From Clostridia bacterium (GTDB lineage: Bacteria; Bacillota; Clostridia; Christensenellales; SZUA-584), in the NCBI GenBank assembly GCA_003249555.1, contig QKIQ01000024.1, positions 353 through 64,352 of the forward strand: DNA of 64,000 nt. Direction: 5' to 3'. How positions within the stretch are numbered: the stretch's first letter is position 1; each line of letters starts with the position of its first letter. Made by a program: the position numbers and the translations under genes. Of the stretch, positions 39,752 through 49,935 are shown piece by piece. The notes beneath the pieces are model-generated. The model saw nothing but the letters and a program-made list of their open reading frames with translations, searched no databases and was not told the origin of the DNA.

Positions 39752-40441
39752 ATGAAACGTATACTGATCGTTGATGATGAGCCGAGCCTTATTAAGGGCC
39801 TCCGGTTCAATCTCGAACAGCAGGACGGCTACACTGTGGATGAAGCGCTTGACGGTGAGCAGGCGCTGGAAATGTTTCAGGCGGGTCAATATGATTTGGT
39901 GCTTTTAGATCTCATGCTTCCCAAGATCGACGGCATGGAGGTTTGCCAGCGTATTCGCAGTATGTCTAACGTTCCCATCATCATGCTGACGGCCAAGGAT
40001 GACGACATGGATAAAATCATGGGGCTTGAATTCGGCGCAGACGATTATATGACAAAGCCTTTCAACATGCTGGAATTAAAGGCGCGTATCAAGACCATAT
40101 TCAGGCGCGTGGAAGGTACTGAAAAGGCCCGTGAACCGCAGGTTATCCGTGCACGGAACATGACGGTTAATCTGGAAAACCGAAGCGTGGAGATAGACGG
40201 GCAGGATGTGGCGCTTACCGCCAAGGAGTTTGACTTATTGCAGCTGTTTATCACCAATAAGGGCAAGGTGTACGACAGAGAAAAGCTGCTTGAGCTTATA
40301 TGGAAATATGAATACCTGGGTGATCTTCGAACGGTGGATGTACATATTCGCCGTCTGCGCGAAAAAATCGAGCATAACCCGGCGAAGCCCGAGTTTATAC
40401 TAACCAAGTGGGGAGTGGGGTATTATTTCTCGGATAAATAA
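39752..40441 (+). CDS. OmpR-family response regulator
   Basis: MKRILIVDDEP, LLDLMLP, LTAKD, winged helix KWGVGYYF. ATG at 39752 behind AAAGGAG. The track start at 39692 lies within the promoter. Confidence 0.95.
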   Translation: MKRILIVDDEPSLIKGLRFNLEQQDGYTVDEALDGEQALEMFQAGQYDLVLLDLMLPKIDGMEVCQRIRSMSNVPIIMLTAKDDDMDKIMGLEFGADDYMTKPFNMLELKARIKTIFRRVEGTEKAREPQVIRARNMTVNLENRSVEIDGQDVALTAKEFDLLQLFITNKGKVYDREKLLELIWKYEYLGDLRTVDVHIRRLREKIEHNPAKPEFILTKWGVGYYFSDK

Positions 40442-40487
40442 TCCGCTGTATTCCATACGGTGGCGTTTTGTATTTATTTATCTTATT

Positions 40488-41855
40488 GTGACTGCCGTCG
40501 CTTTTGCGGCGGTCACTTTTGTCATATCCTATCTTGCAGAAGACTATCTGGTCAGTATACGCGTGCGTGACCAGCTAAAAAACACGAACAACATCGCCGT
40601 GAGTATGGCACCGTATTTGAGCAGCGCCAACGCCAAGAAAATGTATGAGATGGCGGAGCAAAGCTCCAAAGAATTTGGTGGGCGGTTTTTGGTGCTCAAT
40701 AAATCGGGCATTGTGCAGATAGACAGCTTTTCGTTGCTCAACGGCCAAAAGCTGGATCATAAGGAGATTTCGGACGTGCTATTAGGCCCTCTTGATACGT
40801 CGTACGGCTTTCATAAAATAGACGACGGGACTGGAGAGCCTTTTTATGCGGTTTATTACACATCGGCCATCGTGTCGGAATCCGAGACAATCGGGGCGGT
40901 GCTGTATGCCGCCGATATCCAGGATGTCGCAGATTTGACGCATCAGTTCATCAATATTGTCTTTTTAATTGTGGCGGGTGCAAGCTTGCTTGTGATTATC
41001 ATTAGCGTGATTTTCTCAGGCTACATCACCAGGCCGATCAATGAACTTAAATCCGTCGCACTCTCGATATCTCGGGGAAATCTGCATCAGCGTATCAAGG
41101 TGTCGGGCAGAAACGAAATGGCCGCTCTGGCCGATACGTTTAACACCATGAGCGAAAAGCTTGAGAACATGGACAGAAAGCGCAGCGAGTTTGTGAGCAA
41201 CGCTTCGCATGAATTAAAAACGCCTTTAAGTTCAATGAAAATACTGATAGAATCCCTACTGTATCAGGATGGCGTCGATGAGAAGATATACAAGGAATTC
41301 TTGGGCGATATCAACAACGAGATTGACCGATTAACAGATGTGATTTCTGGTCTTTTAACGCTCGCAAAGACGGACAGCGAAACGCAGGTGCTGAAAATAG
41401 AGAAGATACTGTTAAGTGAACTCGTCAACAAAACGGTGAACTCACTTAAGCCCATTGCCCATGAAAAAAATATCGCGCTGATATACACTGTCAATAATGA
41501 TCTTGAGGTGAATTGCGACGCAGTAAAGGTGATGCAGGCCGTCATGAACCTTATTGATAACGCAATCAAATATACGGATAAGGGCGGTCATGTGTGGGTG
41601 ATGCTGCAGAAATCTGGCGCAAACGCCGCTATTATTGTGAAGGACGATGGATGCGGGATTCCCGAAAGCGATGTGCCGCATCTGTTCGATCGTTTTTACC
41701 GTGTGGATAAGGCGCGCGCAAGAGGAACGGGTGGAAGTGGCCTGGGGTTGTATATTGCGCGCACGATCGCGCTGCTGCACGGCGGCAGTATAGAAGTGCA
41801 AAGCGAGGAAGGTGTGGGCACGGTGTTCACGCTTTATCTGCCTATAAAGGGATAG
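40488..41855 (+). CDS. Sensor histidine kinase (start codon uncertain; the frame is open from 40404)
   Basis: HAMP, H-box FVSNASHELKTPL, DNAIKYT, DDGCGI, GSGLGLYIA. The first TM helix extends upstream of the GTG at 40488. Confidence 0.85.
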   Translation: MTAVAFAAVTFVISYLAEDYLVSIRVRDQLKNTNNIAVSMAPYLSSANAKKMYEMAEQSSKEFGGRFLVLNKSGIVQIDSFSLLNGQKLDHKEISDVLLGPLDTSYGFHKIDDGTGEPFYAVYYTSAIVSESETIGAVLYAADIQDVADLTHQFINIVFLIVAGASLLVIIISVIFSGYITRPINELKSVALSISRGNLHQRIKVSGRNEMAALADTFNTMSEKLENMDRKRSEFVSNASHELKTPLSSMKILIESLLYQDGVDEKIYKEFLGDINNEIDRLTDVISGLLTLAKTDSETQVLKIEKILLSELVNKTVNSLKPIAHEKNIALIYTVNNDLEVNCDAVKVMQAVMNLIDNAIKYTDKGGHVWVMLQKSGANAAIIVKDDGCGIPESDVPHLFDRFYRVDKARARGTGGSGLGLYIARTIALLHGGSIEVQSEEGVGTVFTLYLPIKG

Positions 41856-41865
41856 GAGTCTATAT

Positions 41866-42822
41866 ATGTCTAGGATGAAAATTATTGCGGGGCTTTTGGC
41901 ATTGGTCATAGCCGTTTCCGGATGCGAGGTTATAGATAAAGAAGCACCTGCAAAAAATACCCCGGAAATCAACCCCAAAGCGGAATCGGCAAATAAGGAT
42001 ACGTCCAAGGTGACGCTATATTATTCTTATAAAGGTCAGCTGCTGCTTGCGGGGGAAACGCGTTCAATCGATGTGCCTGTCAGCGAAAAGCCCGAGAATG
42101 CAGTGATTCGCGCGCTTATCGGTGGCCCTTCGGCAGACCGCAGCCAGCTTGTGGGGTTGTTCTGGGATGGCGTGGAGCTTGTCAATGTGAAAGACAATGA
42201 AGACATATTGTTTGTGACGCTCAGTGAAGAGTTTACCACCACAGAGCCGGAGACGCCAGTATTGGGTGAAGGAACGGCGGCGGATCGCAAAAAGCTTGCG
42301 ATATATTCTATCGTCAATACGATCGTAGAAATGGGCAAGTATTCCAGTGTGCAGTTTTATATAGATTACGACAGCGGCACCCAGCGTATCACGGAAAGCG
42401 GCGCTGGCTTTGAAGACAGTCCGGATCCACTTGCCCCGCAGAGCTGGGAGGATAAGTACATTCTGACTCCCGAGAATACATTGAAAGAAGCGCTGGATTC
42501 CTATAACAAGAAAAACTGGACGGAGCTTTATGACTATACGGCCTATATGAACCCGGACGGCACCGTCAAGCCGGACAGCGACGATTTTAATGCGGCGCTT
42601 GGGGAAACCGGCAATGCAGGCAATACACTCGAATCAATAAATCCAATAGGCGTGAACGTGGCAAACGATGGACAGTCTGCCGTGGTGGTGCTGGACTATA
42701 CCATCAAAACGCGCAACGGGGATATCAAGAAGAATAAGAGCCCTGTTATACTTGTGAGAGAAGAGGAAATATGGAAGATTTCCTATTCATCCGTGGTTAA
42801 TTTGCTGATCAATGTGGGGTAA
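41866..42822 (+). CDS. GerMN-domain lipoprotein
   Basis: Lipobox AVSGC. GerMN pattern VTLYYSY...ETRSIDVP...AVIRALIGGPS...VNTIVE. The C-terminal half looks NTF2-like. Confidence 0.75.
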   Translation: MSRMKIIAGLLALVIAVSGCEVIDKEAPAKNTPEINPKAESANKDTSKVTLYYSYKGQLLLAGETRSIDVPVSEKPENAVIRALIGGPSADRSQLVGLFWDGVELVNVKDNEDILFVTLSEEFTTTEPETPVLGEGTAADRKKLAIYSIVNTIVEMGKYSSVQFYIDYDSGTQRITESGAGFEDSPDPLAPQSWEDKYILTPENTLKEALDSYNKKNWTELYDYTAYMNPDGTVKPDSDDFNAALGETGNAGNTLESINPIGVNVANDGQSAVVVLDYTIKTRNGDIKKNKSPVILVREEEIWKISYSSVVNLLINVG

Positions 42823-42826
42823 AAAG

Positions 42827-44374
42827 ATGAAACGACTGCTGCTCGCCGTCTTGGCTGTGTGCATATTGTTTTCAGGATGCGGCGTCATACATGACTCGCA
42901 AGGTGCGAGCCAGCAAGTGCCTGCCAGTGAGCTTGATTTAAACGGCATTGATATGTTGGGCAGTACCAAAAAGGCGGCGGTTTATTTCCTTAACGGCGCA
43001 AACGGAACATTGACCGCTGATCCTCGCACGCTCAGAGTTCAGCAGGATACAAACCCTGCTGAAGCGGCGATTAAGGCGCTGCTTGATGGACCGTCTAATA
43101 ATACTTTAACCCCAGTCGCTCCCGAAGGCATGTCACTGGATTCTATTGAGTTTTCCAACGGCGTGGCAAACATCTACATTGGTTATGACGGAATGCCCAT
43201 GGAATCGGCGAGTAAATATACCATGGAGCTTGCGATTGCTAATACCGTTTCGGATCTGCTCGGAGCGACTGCTGTGAACATCTTTTACAACGGTTTGCGT
43301 GAAGGCTTTGACAGATACCCGTCCGCGCCGCTTAAAAAGCAGACGGGAACTGTGACTGAGGCATATAACAATGCAAGGGCAAAATATGTGCCGGCTGAGC
43401 CGGTTGGAACCGAAAATGGGGCAGGTCCGGCGCAGACACCGATAACAGACAGCGAAGCTCCCATTGAAGCAACGGTCAAACAGAATACGATCTCCACAGT
43501 GCTGTATTTTGTATCGGCCAGTGGAGATTACATTTTACCCGAAGTGAGGGATATTTCTTATACCACCGCAGCTACGGACGATGATTATAAAGCTTATGTG
43601 AAGACGATTCTCAATGAGCTCAAGGTACAGCCGCTGAATACGACGACCATGGAAAGCCCAATAAAATCGAACGCTTCGTTGATTAGAGACCCGGAAAAAA
43701 TTGATAACGGGGACGGTACGTTCGATATTGCGCTATACTTTGACATGCTGCCTGCCGGCGTCTCGTACACGGTTCCCAATCAAATACAGCCTTCATATGC
43801 CGCGATGGTTTATTCCATCACCGGTTTTTTACCGTATGTCAGAGCTGTCCGTTTTTACGTGGATGATACGCCTGTTATGCAGTTAAACGGCGCGATGGCG
43901 GCGACACGCAGAAGTGACTTGGGCGGATATATCGGCAGCAGTGCACCGCTGTATTTGCAATATACGGGATCGGGTCTTCTTATTGAGGTATCGCGAAGCA
44001 TGGAGCAGGGAAAGATTTGGAGTGCGCTTGAACGCGCTCGTGCCATCCTTAAGGGCCCGCAGTTGGGCGACGGCGGAAATGTCAGCACTGTTCAATTCGA
44101 AGGAATGACAGAGGAAGATATCCTTGCTGTCGACGTTTATAACGACACGGCTTATGTCAATTTATCTGATAATTTTAAAGAGGCATGTAAGAACCATACA
44201 GCTCAAGACGAGATGCTGCTTGTTTATTCCATTGTGAACACCGTCACGGCGATGGATGGAATTAATAAGGTTCAGTTTCTGGTGGAAGGCGCACAGACGG
44301 ATACCCTTGGAGGCCATCTGTGCATTTCCGACCCGTTTCTTAGAAACTACGGCATTATTAAAAACGGCAGTTAA
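42827..44374 (+). CDS. Lipoprotein with about three GerMN domains
   Basis: Lipobox LFSGC. Repeated GerMN-like units (AAVYFLNG..AAIKALLDGPS; VLYFVSASG; LYLQY...ILKGPQ...IVNTVTAMDGINKVQFLVEG). Confidence 0.75.
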   Translation: MKRLLLAVLAVCILFSGCGVIHDSQGASQQVPASELDLNGIDMLGSTKKAAVYFLNGANGTLTADPRTLRVQQDTNPAEAAIKALLDGPSNNTLTPVAPEGMSLDSIEFSNGVANIYIGYDGMPMESASKYTMELAIANTVSDLLGATAVNIFYNGLREGFDRYPSAPLKKQTGTVTEAYNNARAKYVPAEPVGTENGAGPAQTPITDSEAPIEATVKQNTISTVLYFVSASGDYILPEVRDISYTTAATDDDYKAYVKTILNELKVQPLNTTTMESPIKSNASLIRDPEKIDNGDGTFDIALYFDMLPAGVSYTVPNQIQPSYAAMVYSITGFLPYVRAVRFYVDDTPVMQLNGAMAATRRSDLGGYIGSSAPLYLQYTGSGLLIEVSRSMEQGKIWSALERARAILKGPQLGDGGNVSTVQFEGMTEEDILAVDVYNDTAYVNLSDNFKEACKNHTAQDEMLLVYSIVNTVTAMDGINKVQFLVEGAQTDTLGGHLCISDPFLRNYGIIKNGS

Positions 44375-44380
44375 GCATAC

Positions 44381-46216
44381 TCAGATTTCAATTCCCACTT
44401 TGTATTCTTCCAGCCACATGTTAAGCTGTAGCAGGAATGCAAAAAGCTGAGGCCCTGTCATGAGTTGGCCGAACCAAGGCGTGACAAGGCTTAGAGAGTC
44501 AAGCATATCCTCCAAGGATGATTTATCGACCAGTGCGTGTATGGGCGCTTTGGGGTCTGCCAGTATGACCTTGAGTGCGTTTGTAACAAGCCTAGTGTAT
44601 TCGGGGTGGTGCGTTTTGGGATAGGGGCTTTTTTTGCGGTTATAGATACTTTCGGGAAGAAGGTCTTTTACGGCGAGCCGCAGTATGCCTTTTTCCATAC
44701 CGCCTAAGTTTTTTATGCTCCAAGGAATATTCCAGGCGTATTCGGCAATGCGGTGATCGCAGAACGGCACGCGCACCTCAAGGCCGCATGCCATGCTCAT
44801 CCTGTCCTTGCGCTCAAGCAGATTCGCCATAAACCATTTGATATTCAGATAGAACATCTGGCGTCGGCGGCGCTCAAGCAGCGTCTCATTGCCGAGCAAC
44901 GGCGTCTCTTCTATGGTGTCAAAATATCGGCTTTTTGCGTAGCCTTCAATGTCCAGCCTCGAAAGCGCGCGAGACATGACGCTGCGCCGGAGGTCCAGTG
45001 AATTGGCCCACGGGAAAATATCCAGATTCAGCAGCTCTTCACGGTAGAACCACGGATACCCACCGAATATTTCATCGGCACACTCCCCTGACAGCGCCAC
45101 GGTGGCGTGCTTTTTGATTTCGCGGCAAAACAGCAGCAGGCTGGAATCCACATCTGCCATGCCCGGCAAGTCGCGTGCGATCATCGCATCGCGCAAAGCG
45201 CCCACCAATTGATTCGAATCAAACAAGCATGACTCGTGTTCGCTGCCGATGTGGCGTCGCATGATGTCGATATAGTCGTTGTCGGGGCTGGGCTGAAACA
45301 CGCTGCGCGCGAAATACTTGTCGTTATCCGTAAAATCAATTGAGAAGGTACACAGCGTATCCCCTTTTTCCGCAGCTGTCTGCGCCGCGATGGCAGATAA
45401 TGTGCTCGAATCGATACCGCCCGAGAGGAAGGTACAGACGGGAACATCCGCGACCATCTGACGTTTTGCCGAGTCCACAATAAGGCTGTGCAGCTTTTCG
45501 GTTGTTTTGTGCAGGCTGTCAGTGTGCTCTGCGCTCACGAATTCCCAGTATTTATGCACATAGGTGCCAAGCGGAGAATAGGTCATACATTCGCCAGGCC
45601 GCAGCTCATCAATGCCCCTAAACAGCGTTTTTCCCGCCGTACGCGCGGGAGCCAGCGCGAACAGCTCAAGCAATCCGTTTTCGGCCAGCACGGGGGATAT
45701 ATCCGGATGAGCCAGGAGCGACTTGATTTCGGAACCGAAAAGCAGTGCATACCGTGTCCGTGCGATAAACAGCGGCTTCACGCCCATTCTGTCACGCGCG
45801 AGGCATATGCGTTGTTTTTTCTCGTCCCAGACAGCAAACGCGAAAATTCCGTTCAAACGCTCCACGCAAGAGGGACCCCACTCCACATAAGAAAGAAGAA
45901 GAACCTCGGTATCCGAATGAGAGAAAAAGCTGTGTCCCTTGTGGATCAGCTCGCGTCTTAATTCGGGCGTATTGTAGAGCTCGCCGTTGAATACGATTGT
46001 GTATGTGTTGGTGCCGATGCTGCGCGTCATAGGTTGGCTGCCGCCCGCCGGATCCACAACTGTCAGGCGGCGATGGCCCATTGCCACTTGATGTGTCATA
46101 AATGTACCGGCCGAATCCGGCCCGCGATGCACCACGGTATCCAGCATGGCCGAGAGAGTGCGGCTCTCCTTGAGTAAATCGTTTTCAAAATCCACAATAC
46201 CTACAATTCCACACAT
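44381..46216 (-). CDS. asnB: Asparagine synthase (glutamine-hydrolysing)
   Basis: N-terminal MCGIVG nucleophile Cys, SGGIDSS PP-loop, 611 aa. Confidence 0.95.
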   Translation of the reverse strand: MCGIVGIVDFENDLLKESRTLSAMLDTVVHRGPDSAGTFMTHQVAMGHRRLTVVDPAGGSQPMTRSIGTNTYTIVFNGELYNTPELRRELIHKGHSFFSHSDTEVLLLSYVEWGPSCVERLNGIFAFAVWDEKKQRICLARDRMGVKPLFIARTRYALLFGSEIKSLLAHPDISPVLAENGLLELFALAPARTAGKTLFRGIDELRPGECMTYSPLGTYVHKYWEFVSAEHTDSLHKTTEKLHSLIVDSAKRQMVADVPVCTFLSGGIDSSTLSAIAAQTAAEKGDTLCTFSIDFTDNDKYFARSVFQPSPDNDYIDIMRRHIGSEHESCLFDSNQLVGALRDAMIARDLPGMADVDSSLLLFCREIKKHATVALSGECADEIFGGYPWFYREELLNLDIFPWANSLDLRRSVMSRALSRLDIEGYAKSRYFDTIEETPLLGNETLLERRRRQMFYLNIKWFMANLLERKDRMSMACGLEVRVPFCDHRIAEYAWNIPWSIKNLGGMEKGILRLAVKDLLPESIYNRKKSPYPKTHHPEYTRLVTNALKVILADPKAPIHALVDKSSLEDMLDSLSLVTPWFGQLMTGPQLFAFLLQLNMWLEEYKVGIEI

Positions 46217-46424
46217 AAATGAACGCCCCCACGTTAAAATCTGTTACCATAAATACCCTGATTTTATCCGAGACCTGCGCTGCTTGGGAATGCTCCCGGC
46301 AACAATGTTTCCCTTAACAGTATATGAACACCCCTTCTGTGCGTGACTGACAGTGCCAAACAGGCTGTTGCATCGCTTTCCAAAATGCATTAGAATATTG
46401 AAAAAGAATAAGAGGAGAGCGAAT

Positions 46425-46928
46425 TTGACAAGGAAAAATCATACAAAAACGCTTGCGGTATCGGGCATCATGGCGGCGCTTATCTTTGTGTTTACGGCGC
46501 TTGTGCATATCCCCGTTCCAGGTAACACGTCAGGCGCTTACATGAACATTGGAGACAGCGTGATCTATTGCTCAGGGATGCTGGTGGGCGCTCCGTGGGC
46601 AGCGGCCGCTTCAGGCATCGGCAGCATGCTTGCCGATATTTTGCTCGGCGGCGGCATCTATATACCTGCCACATTGGTCATCAAGGCGCTTATGGGTCTT
46701 GTGTGTGCGCTGCTGATGAAAAAAGCGGGATTGCCGAAGTTTATATTGGCGTGCGTCTTGGGCGGCGCGATTATGGTTGCGGGTTACGGCATATTTGAGT
46801 GGGTAGCGTTCGGCTGGACGTATGCCGTCGGCACATTGGTGTTTAATCTAATACAATGGGCGGCGGGCGTCGCAGTGGCGGTTGCGCTCTACTATCCCGT
46901 AAATAGAACGAAGGGTTTATTGATATGA
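46425..46928 (+). CDS. ECF-transporter S component-like membrane protein (substrate unknown)
   Basis: About 5-6 TM helices in a small protein. TTG start at 46425 behind AGAGGAG. The upstream part of the track ORF is basic junk. Confidence 0.55.
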   Translation: MTRKNHTKTLAVSGIMAALIFVFTALVHIPVPGNTSGAYMNIGDSVIYCSGMLVGAPWAAAASGIGSMLADILLGGGIYIPATLVIKALMGLVCALLMKKAGLPKFILACVLGGAIMVAGYGIFEWVAFGWTYAVGTLVFNLIQWAAGVAVAVALYYPVNRTKGLLI

Positions 46929-47656
46929 AATTGACATGTATTGGCCGTTACGGGCCGTATCCGCGAGCAGGCGGAAGCTGTTCGTGCTATCTTCTTCGGT
47001 ATAACGGAAAAAACGTGGTCATTGATATGGGCTGCGGCTCATTGACAAAGCTGCTTGGATTGCTGCGGGCGGCGGATATCGACACCCTAGTGCTTTCACA
47101 CCTGCACGCCGACCACATGGGCGATGTCCTTACGCTGCGTTACGCGCTGGATGCGTCAAAAAAGATGGGGCAAAGGCAGCAGCCGCTAACCGTTTATCTG
47201 CCCGCACAACCGGAAACGGAATCCTCTCTGATCAGTGCACATGGCATGATTGATGCACATACCATTACGGATGATATGACAGCCAATATCTGCGGCATGG
47301 ACGTGACATTTTCACTGATGCCGCATGCGGTGCCGAGTTTTGCGATGAAATTCTGCGCGGATGGAAAAACATTTGTCTATTCGGGAGACACCAAAGAAAA
47401 CGACAAACTTGCTCCGTTCGCGTACGGCGCCGATTTACTGCTCATGGAAGCTGCGTATCTCTCGCGTGATAAAACGCCAGGTGCGCCGCACGTGGATGCC
47501 ATAGAAGCGGGACGAATTGCGTTGGACGCGCAGGTCAAGCGCATGTTGGTGACGCATATTTTCCCTGAATACAACGAGAACGACATTTTAAATGAGGTGA
47601 GGGAAAGCTTCCCGTCAGCCAAGCTGATCGAGGAAACACAGGTATACGAGGTCTAA
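46925..47656 (+). CDS. MBL-fold metallo-hydrolase
   Basis: SHLHADHMGD motif, 243 aa, overlaps the upstream stop. Confidence 0.8.
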   Translation: MKLTCIGRYGPYPRAGGSCSCYLLRYNGKNVVIDMGCGSLTKLLGLLRAADIDTLVLSHLHADHMGDVLTLRYALDASKKMGQRQQPLTVYLPAQPETESSLISAHGMIDAHTITDDMTANICGMDVTFSLMPHAVPSFAMKFCADGKTFVYSGDTKENDKLAPFAYGADLLLMEAAYLSRDKTPGAPHVDAIEAGRIALDAQVKRMLVTHIFPEYNENDILNEVRESFPSAKLIEETQVYEV

Positions 47657-47658
47657 CT

Positions 47659-49935
47659 GTGGGAAGCGCATTGCAGCCAAACCGTGTTTTCAACAAGCGG
47701 CCTCTCGTATGGCTCGCTATTTGCTTCGCGCCCGGTATCGTGCTGGGACGTTATTTTCATTTTACAGCCCTGTATCTGACAGCCGCTTTGGTCATCGCCG
47801 CAGCGGCTGTTTGTTTGCGTTTGCTATCAAAAAGCGGATGGAGCAGGACGGTGATGGTACTCGCGCTCGCCGCCTTTGCGTTATTAGGTTCGTTTCTATC
47901 CTCTTGTACAATCAGCGTTCCGTATCTTTCGGGCGGCACGCGGACGGTGACAGGGCATATTTACAGCACACCAATTGTGAATGAATACGGCAGTGTGGTG
48001 TGTTTGCTGGATAACGCTCAGCTTGACGGTCAGGATTGCGGCAATGTGAAGCTCTATTCCTCAGCATCCTCGTTGACGGCGCTCGAATGCGGGAATGTGA
48101 TTTGCGCCACAGCCGAGGTGGAAATTCCGGATGGCGTGCGTAATCCGGGCGGCTTTGACGAACGGCTTTATCTTCTGTCGGAGAACATACACTATAAAGC
48201 CTATGCCGATAACGTGATGGTGACGGGTGCACGCAAGACGCTTACAACGGTGCTGAACGATATCCGCGTATCCGTGGGTGATGTCATGGAACGGGTATTT
48301 GCCGCCGATACCGCGCCTTTGGCCAAGGGGATGCTGCTTGGGGATAAGCAATCCTTGGACGAGGATATCTATGGTGCGTTCAAGGACACAGGCATGGCGC
48401 ATGTGCTTGCTGTTTCGGGTCTGCACGCTGCCATACTCATCGCGGTGGTTTACGGTTTTTTTCGTCTGATTCGACTTGGCAGGATACCGACACTCGTTGC
48501 AACGCTTGTTTTCATTGCCGTTTACGCTTTGGTCACGGGGCTCACGCCCTCTATATTGCGCGCCTCCGTGATGGCGATCGTGCTGCTGCTCGGCAAGTAT
48601 TTTGGGCGCCAGACGGATACGCTGTCGAGTCTCGCGCTCGCTTTTATCATATCTTTGTTTATCCATCCTCTGGATTTGTTCATGGCTGGCTTTCAGCTTT
48701 CGTTCAGCGCGGTTTTCGGTTTGCTGACACTCGGTTCACACATAAATCGGATGCTCAAAAAAGCGCTTCCTTCGCGACTGTCCGATATGATATCCGCATC
48801 GGTTGGTGCCACGGCAGGTACAATACCGATTTTGGCCGCATCGTTCAACCGCCTGTCGGTACTCAGCGTCATTATCAACATTTTTGTGCTGCCGCTGGCG
48901 TCATTCGCGATTGTACTCACGTTTATCACGACATTTTTAGCGCTGTTCATCGGGCAAACGGCAGCCTGTATTGCATTTGCCGCCGATGCCGTGATTCGTT
49001 TTATGCTCACAGTTATCGAGGCGCTTGCCGTGCTTCCGTTTGCGGCGGTAAACGTGGCCACGCCGCCGTGGTTTTTAACGATCGGCTTGTTTTTATTACT
49101 GTTTATTGCGTCGAAATATTTGCTGGTGAGTACAAAGCTGAAAGCATTGCTCGGCGCAGGGCTGATGGCGGCGGTTCTGCTGGTTTTGCTTATCATACAG
49201 CCAGCTGGCATGACGATGACGTTTCTCGATGTGGGGCAGGGAGATGCCGCGTTTGTGCGCACGGCACAGGGGGGAGAATATTTTGTGGACGGCGGCCCGC
49301 CAAAATGCGCGGACGAAATTGTGGACTTTACCATACGAAACGGAATCACGCCGGATGCCGCTTTTGTGTCCCACACGGATGATGACCATTTTGCTGGTCT
49401 TGTCGCGCTCTACGAGCAGGGCATGCTGCAAAAAGTGTATTGTTCGGCGCAGGAAATGGAGACTGTGATGGCTGCAATGCCCAAGGCCGAGGTGGTGACG
49501 CTTTCGGTGGGAGACGCGGTTCTGCTGGACGATGAAACAAGAGCCGTGGTATTATACCCGTACAGTGATTCTGCGGCCGAGAACAAGAACGACCTTTCGC
49601 TGGTGCTGATGATGGAATATAAAGGACATCGTGCATTACTCACGGGCGATATATCGGGAAGGAATGAAACAGTCCTTTTTACAACGCTCTGTAGAGTGGA
49701 TATATATAAGGCGGCGCATCACGGCTCAAAATATTCATCGTATCGGTTGCCGCTCAGTGTGCTGGCTCCGAAATACAGCGTTGTCAGCGTGGGGGATAAC
49801 ACATTTGGGCATCCGCACGCGTGGGCGCTTAACAATCTGGAGGACTATAGTGATGCCGTATTTACAACATGGCAGAATCACGCGGTCGTGTTTTCCATAG
49901 ACGATAAAATCACAGTAAAGACTTATGGTGGGTAG
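47659..49935 (+). CDS. comEC: DNA internalisation competence protein ComEC/Rec2 with C-terminal MBL domain
   Basis: Polytopic competence domain (GMAHVLAVSGLH) plus C-terminal TFLDVGQGDAAFV...KAAHHGS. Confidence 0.9.
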   Translation: MGSALQPNRVFNKRPLVWLAICFAPGIVLGRYFHFTALYLTAALVIAAAAVCLRLLSKSGWSRTVMVLALAAFALLGSFLSSCTISVPYLSGGTRTVTGHIYSTPIVNEYGSVVCLLDNAQLDGQDCGNVKLYSSASSLTALECGNVICATAEVEIPDGVRNPGGFDERLYLLSENIHYKAYADNVMVTGARKTLTTVLNDIRVSVGDVMERVFAADTAPLAKGMLLGDKQSLDEDIYGAFKDTGMAHVLAVSGLHAAILIAVVYGFFRLIRLGRIPTLVATLVFIAVYALVTGLTPSILRASVMAIVLLLGKYFGRQTDTLSSLALAFIISLFIHPLDLFMAGFQLSFSAVFGLLTLGSHINRMLKKALPSRLSDMISASVGATAGTIPILAASFNRLSVLSVIINIFVLPLASFAIVLTFITTFLALFIGQTAACIAFAADAVIRFMLTVIEALAVLPFAAVNVATPPWFLTIGLFLLLFIASKYLLVSTKLKALLGAGLMAAVLLVLLIIQPAGMTMTFLDVGQGDAAFVRTAQGGEYFVDGGPPKCADEIVDFTIRNGITPDAAFVSHTDDDHFAGLVALYEQGMLQKVYCSAQEMETVMAAMPKAEVVTLSVGDAVLLDDETRAVVLYPYSDSAAENKNDLSLVLMMEYKGHRALLTGDISGRNETVLFTTLCRVDIYKAAHHGSKYSSYRLPLSVLAPKYSVVSVGDNTFGHPHAWALNNLEDYSDAVFTTWQNHAVVFSIDDKITVKTYGG

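Noticed and set aside
44375-44380. Six-nt gap between the convergent GerMN lipoprotein gene and asnB, with no terminator
   Set aside because: It is unusual, but tight convergent packing occurs in compact genomes. The stops are clear on both strands and nothing else is encoded there.
46217-46424. Possible T-box or riboswitch in the divergent asnB / ECF-S-component intergenic region
   Set aside because: Reading both strands, I found no T-box sequence (GGGTGGTACCGCG-like), no specifier or AG-bulge features, and no motif of a known vitamin or preQ1 riboswitch. It is probably just divergent promoters.
48693-49376. 227-aa minus-strand ORF, and neighbouring ORFs, inside comEC
   Set aside because: It is a shadow ORF opposite a polytopic membrane gene and has no independent signals.
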